Origin: a phage
NCBI GenBank assembly: GCA_031441445.1
Contig: GCA_031441445.1_4353.1
Length of the DNA stretch: 24,085 bases
Direction: 5' to 3' (one strand)
Position 1 is the first letter of the stretch. Every line of letters starts with the position of its first letter. This document shows positions 21,200 to 24,085 of this stretch, one piece after another. The position numbers and the translations under genes were made by a program. The notes below the pieces were generated by a model that ran no database searches, was not told the origin of the DNA, and saw only the letters and a program-made list of their open reading frames with translations.

Positions 21200-22624
21200 A
21201 TGTCTAAATTTATCCGTCGAGAGTACCAGAAGCTCATGACTTCGTTCATGCTGCAACACCCGCGCTGTAATATCTGGTGCGGAATGGGGGGAGGTAAAAC
21301 CTCCTCCACTATGTGGGTGCTCAACCGCCTGTTCCGCAACGGGCAGCTTACGGAAGAGGACCGCGTGTTAATCCTTGCCCCGTTACGTGTTGCGTCCGGT
21401 ACGTGGCCCGCTGAACAAGAGAAATGGCAATTCCCTTGTCTGCGTGTCGTAGATGCAACTGGTTCGGAGAAGCGCCGCATCGCAGCGCTGGAGTCAGATG
21501 CTAACGTGGTGTGCACTAACTACGAAGTTATCGAGTGGCTAATTGACTACTACGGCAAAGACGACTGGCCTTTTACGGTTATCGTTGCCGATGAAAGCAC
21601 GAAGCTTAAATCGTTCCGCAGCCGTTCGGGTGGTAGCAAGCGGGCAAAGGCGCTCAGCAAGGTTGCGTTCGGAAAGGTTAAGCGTTTCATCAACCTGACA
21701 GGCACACCGTCACCAAACGGCCTCAAAGACTTGTGGGGTCAGAACTGGTTTATCGACGCTGGCGAGCGCCTCGGCTCTTCGTACACAGCATTCACCGACC
21801 GCTGGTTTAACTCGGTACAGAAAGGTAAATCGGCTATGGCCCGCGAGTATCATGCACGACCGGGTGCGGATAATGAGATTCATCAGAAGATGAAAGACAT
21901 CAGCCTGACCATAGACCCTGCCGAGTGGTTTGGTTGTGAAGCGCCTGTTATCGTACCGGTGGAAATAGACCTGCCGAAGAAAGCGCGTCAGGCGTACATA
22001 GATATGGAGGAGAAGTTATTCGCAGAACTGGAGAGCGGGGAAGTTGAAGCGGCTAACGCTGCGGCGAAGACCTCAAAGTGCTTGCAGATTGCATCTGGTG
22101 CTGTATATGTATCCGGGCCAGACGGCGAAGCAACCAAAGAATGGGAGAAAGTGCACGACACGAAACTGGATGCGCTGGCGTCCATTGTCGAGGAGTTACA
22201 GGGTGCGCCGTTACTGGTAGCCTATCAGTTCAAGCACGAACTGGAGCGCGTCCTTAAGCGATTCCCACAAGCACAGGCCTTTGCCAAAGGCGCCAGGGGT
22301 AATAAGCAGATGGAAGCATGGAACCGCGGGGAAATAGAGATTTTGTGCGTCCACCCTGCGTCCGCCGGGCATGGTTTGAATTTACAGGACGGGGGTCATC
22401 ATCTGGCGTTCATCTCGCAAGGCTGGAACCTTGAGCACTATTTGCAGGTTGTTGAGCGCATAGGCCCAGTCCGCCAGAAACAGGCGGGTCACGAGCGCCC
22501 GGTGTTCCTTTATCACATCGTTGCTAAAGACACTCTGGACGAGGTTGTCGCCGCGCGTACCGACGAGAAGAAATCGGTACAGGAAGAGTTGCTTAATTAC
22601 ATGAAGAGACGAGGTAAGAAATGA
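21200..22624 (+). CDS. SNF2-like (superfamily 2) helicase
   Basis: ORF track 21194..22624 starts at TTG; ATG at 21200 preferred. Motif I CGMGGGKTSST, motif II VIVADESTKLK, motif V-like HPASAGHGLNLQ, motif VI-like QVVERIGPVRQ. Confidence 0.75.
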   Translation: MSKFIRREYQKLMTSFMLQHPRCNIWCGMGGGKTSSTMWVLNRLFRNGQLTEEDRVLILAPLRVASGTWPAEQEKWQFPCLRVVDATGSEKRRIAALESDANVVCTNYEVIEWLIDYYGKDDWPFTVIVADESTKLKSFRSRSGGSKRAKALSKVAFGKVKRFINLTGTPSPNGLKDLWGQNWFIDAGERLGSSYTAFTDRWFNSVQKGKSAMAREYHARPGADNEIHQKMKDISLTIDPAEWFGCEAPVIVPVEIDLPKKARQAYIDMEEKLFAELESGEVEAANAAAKTSKCLQIASGAVYVSGPDGEATKEWEKVHDTKLDALASIVEELQGAPLLVAYQFKHELERVLKRFPQAQAFAKGARGNKQMEAWNRGEIEILCVHPASAGHGLNLQDGGHHLAFISQGWNLEHYLQVVERIGPVRQKQAGHERPVFLYHIVAKDTLDEVVAARTDEKKSVQEELLNYMKRRGKK

Positions 22625-23136
22625 TGGATTTCGAAGAGTTTCTACTTAAAGCTCATCTGCTGGCGCGTGGGTTTGACGCTGACCGTCTCCAGGTAGTCTT
22701 AGCCCCTGGAGTAGCTACGTTTTACCTGTGGGGGTTTGACGGTAGGCTTCGCGGATACCAGCATTACAAACCACATGCCGAAAAGAACTGTAAAAACCCT
22801 AAAGACGCGCGGTACTTTACCAGAACAACAAGGCCGTGTTTATGGGGGCTTGAGTATTTGCCGGAAAGCGGGGTGGTATTTGTTACCGAAAGCATATTCA
22901 AAGCCGTAGCCTTGATGAATTGCGGGTTCAATGCTGTAAGCGCACTGGGGTCAAATATATCAACAGACCTACGGCAGCAAATGTCACTTTTGCCGTATGA
23001 CTGGGTGTGCGCTGGCGACAATGATAAAGCTGGATTAAAGTTCAGCAAAACATTCACCAGAGGATTTGTATCTAACGACCTTGATGAACTTTGTGAAGAA
23101 GAAATAACGTATCTTGCGAGGAAATTTACCAGATGA
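22621..23136 (+). CDS. Toprim-domain protein (DnaG-like catalytic core)
   Basis: 171 aa with conserved Glu (VFVTESIFKAVAL) and DxD (VCAGDNDKAG) signatures; ATG overlaps SNF2 stop (ATGA). Confidence 0.55.
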   Translation: MMDFEEFLLKAHLLARGFDADRLQVVLAPGVATFYLWGFDGRLRGYQHYKPHAEKNCKNPKDARYFTRTTRPCLWGLEYLPESGVVFVTESIFKAVALMNCGFNAVSALGSNISTDLRQQMSLLPYDWVCAGDNDKAGLKFSKTFTRGFVSNDLDELCEEEITYLARKFTR

Positions 23137-23270
23137 ACATCATAGCCCCGATTCCAGCATTGCAAAAACGTATCAAGGAACTCGAAGAAGAGGTTCTACG
23201 ACTACGGCAACAAAGAGACGCCGCTAATGCGCAACTGGCGTTTGTACTGGAGAAGTTATCAGAAGAGTAG
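23133..23270 (+). CDS. hypothetical small coiled-coil protein (45 aa, MNIIAPIPALQKRIKELEEEVLRLRQQRDAANAQLAFVLEKLSEE)
   Basis: Unlisted ORF; ATG overlaps Toprim stop (ATGA); ends 5 nt before the terminator hairpin. Confidence 0.4.
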   Translation: MNIIAPIPALQKRIKELEEEVLRLRQQRDAANAQLAFVLEKLSEE

Positions 23271-23274
23271 AGAA

Positions 23275-23294
23275 AAGGCCCCGTTTGGGGCCTT
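23275..23294. terminator. bidirectional terminator between converging replication and tail-fibre transcription units
   Basis: 8-bp stem AAGGCCCC / GGGGCCTT with GTTT loop; T-rich on both sides (AGTTTT on plus, UUCUCU on minus). Confidence 0.55.
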
Positions 23295-23298
23295 AGTT

Positions 23299-24085
23299 TT
23301 AAGCCAACGACATTCTGGAGTTAGCGAAAGCTAAAGCCTGAGCCTGCGTCGTAAACTCAGCGATGAAGAAGTCACTAAATCTGATAACAGCACCTGAACC
23401 TCCCCCAGTAGAGACGTACAGACCTACAGTACCGTTAGCGGAAGCTTTACCCACACCAAATGTGCTAATCCACTCATCAGACTTAGTATAAACGCTACCC
23501 ATAGTAATACCTAACGTTATACTCACATCTGCTGTTCCTGATTGGAGGCGAGAGTTGACGCCCCACACGTACCATCTGCCGGATGTAAGTGTCGTTCTTG
23601 ACGCTACCATTTCATATAAACCGGACCTAGGGAATGAAAATTCGGTACATGTAGCGGCGTGAAGTCCGTCAGATACAGTCGAACCGTTAACGGTACCGCT
23701 ACCAGAAAAATTATGTCTACCTGAGTCAAATGTGATAGCTTTTAACTTATTCCCCGTCGGCGTATTAAACAATCGTCCCCTTGTTAAATTTCCTCGCAGA
23801 GACAAGTTTGTAGTGGCTATCGTTGCGGATTGCGACGCGACAGACTCTACAATAACGTCCTTTCCAGAGCTGCCGTTTAAATACACGTCGTGGGCTACGA
23901 TGGTGCTTTGTGCATCCACTACAATATCCTGATTACCATCGGCGTTGTCAAAACGGCAACCATAAGTTACTAAGTTGGAGTTGGATAGCTCGATGTTATT
24001 GAGATAAGAATACTCAGCAAAGAATATCGCGGTGTCTACCAACTTGAGAACTCGCGGTTTTTGCGCCACGCCGTCTACCCGAACA
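23299..24085 (-). CDS. tail fibre / receptor-binding protein-like, C-terminal part (5' end beyond window)
   Basis: Frame open to the window edge (ORF track starts at GTG 24069, but upstream codons remain open); G/S/T/N-rich composition (…GSGTVNGSTV…, …STGGGSGAV…); last gene of a minus-strand unit ending at the bidirectional terminator. Confidence 0.4.
   Translation of the reverse strand, partial: VRVDGVAQKPRVLKLVDTAIFFAEYSYLNNIELSNSNLVTYGCRFDNADGNQDIVVDAQSTIVAHDVYLNGSSGKDVIVESVASQSATIATTNLSLRGNLTRGRLFNTPTGNKLKAITFDSGRHNFSGSGTVNGSTVSDGLHAATCTEFSFPRSGLYEMVASRTTLTSGRWYVWGVNSRLQSGTADVSITLGITMGSVYTKSDEWISTFGVGKASANGTVGLYVSTGGGSGAVIRFSDFFIAEFTTQAQALAFANSRMSLA

Noticed and set aside
1-24085. CRISPR array, integrase/attP, transposase or rRNA
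   Set aside because: No short direct repeats with regular spacing, no tyrosine- or serine-recombinase-sized ORF with recognisable motifs, and no rRNA-like sequence; lysogeny cannot be excluded because the window is only part of the genome.

Overview
This 24,085-bp window reads as a contiguous segment of a tailed dsDNA bacteriophage genome; sigma70-type promoters, Shine-Dalgarno sites and roughly 50% G+C suggest an enterobacterial host (inference). All calls come from reading the sequence and the ORF track by eye; no searches were run. Layout: (1) 1-4760, minus strand: small terminase, large terminase, portal and Mu-F-like head morphogenesis gene, plus a further gene running off the left edge. 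(2) 5029-11024, minus strand: more than 20 small, mostly translationally coupled ORFs of unknown function, interrupted by a lysis cassette at 7597-8645 (holin-like protein, second membrane protein, GH24 endolysin). (3) 11025-11501: a long divergent intergenic control region. (4) 11502-23270, plus strand: replication/recombination module (AlpA-like HTH, AEP-primase/RecA-like helicase fusion, low-GC membrane protein, XRE regulator on the opposite strand, acidic protein, Cas4/RecB-like nuclease, gp2.5-like SSB, family-A DNA polymerase, VRR-NUC, SNF2-like helicase, small Toprim protein). (5) 23299-24085, minus strand: C-terminal part of a tail-fibre-like gene. No rRNA, tRNA, CRISPR array, integrase or transposase was found. 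The most striking signal is non-coding: a repeated early-promoter cassette carrying a 14-bp palindrome (AATAG-N4-CTATT) at seven or more promoters on both strands, plus a lambda-like divergent switch around the XRE gene. Other leads are an SD-sequestering hairpin with a TTG start on the holin, a shared EEDLE C-terminal tail on two replication proteins, a candidate small RNA between two terminators, and several candidate moron or anti-defence genes. I found no single clearly novel multi-gene system; these are the candidates worth testing.
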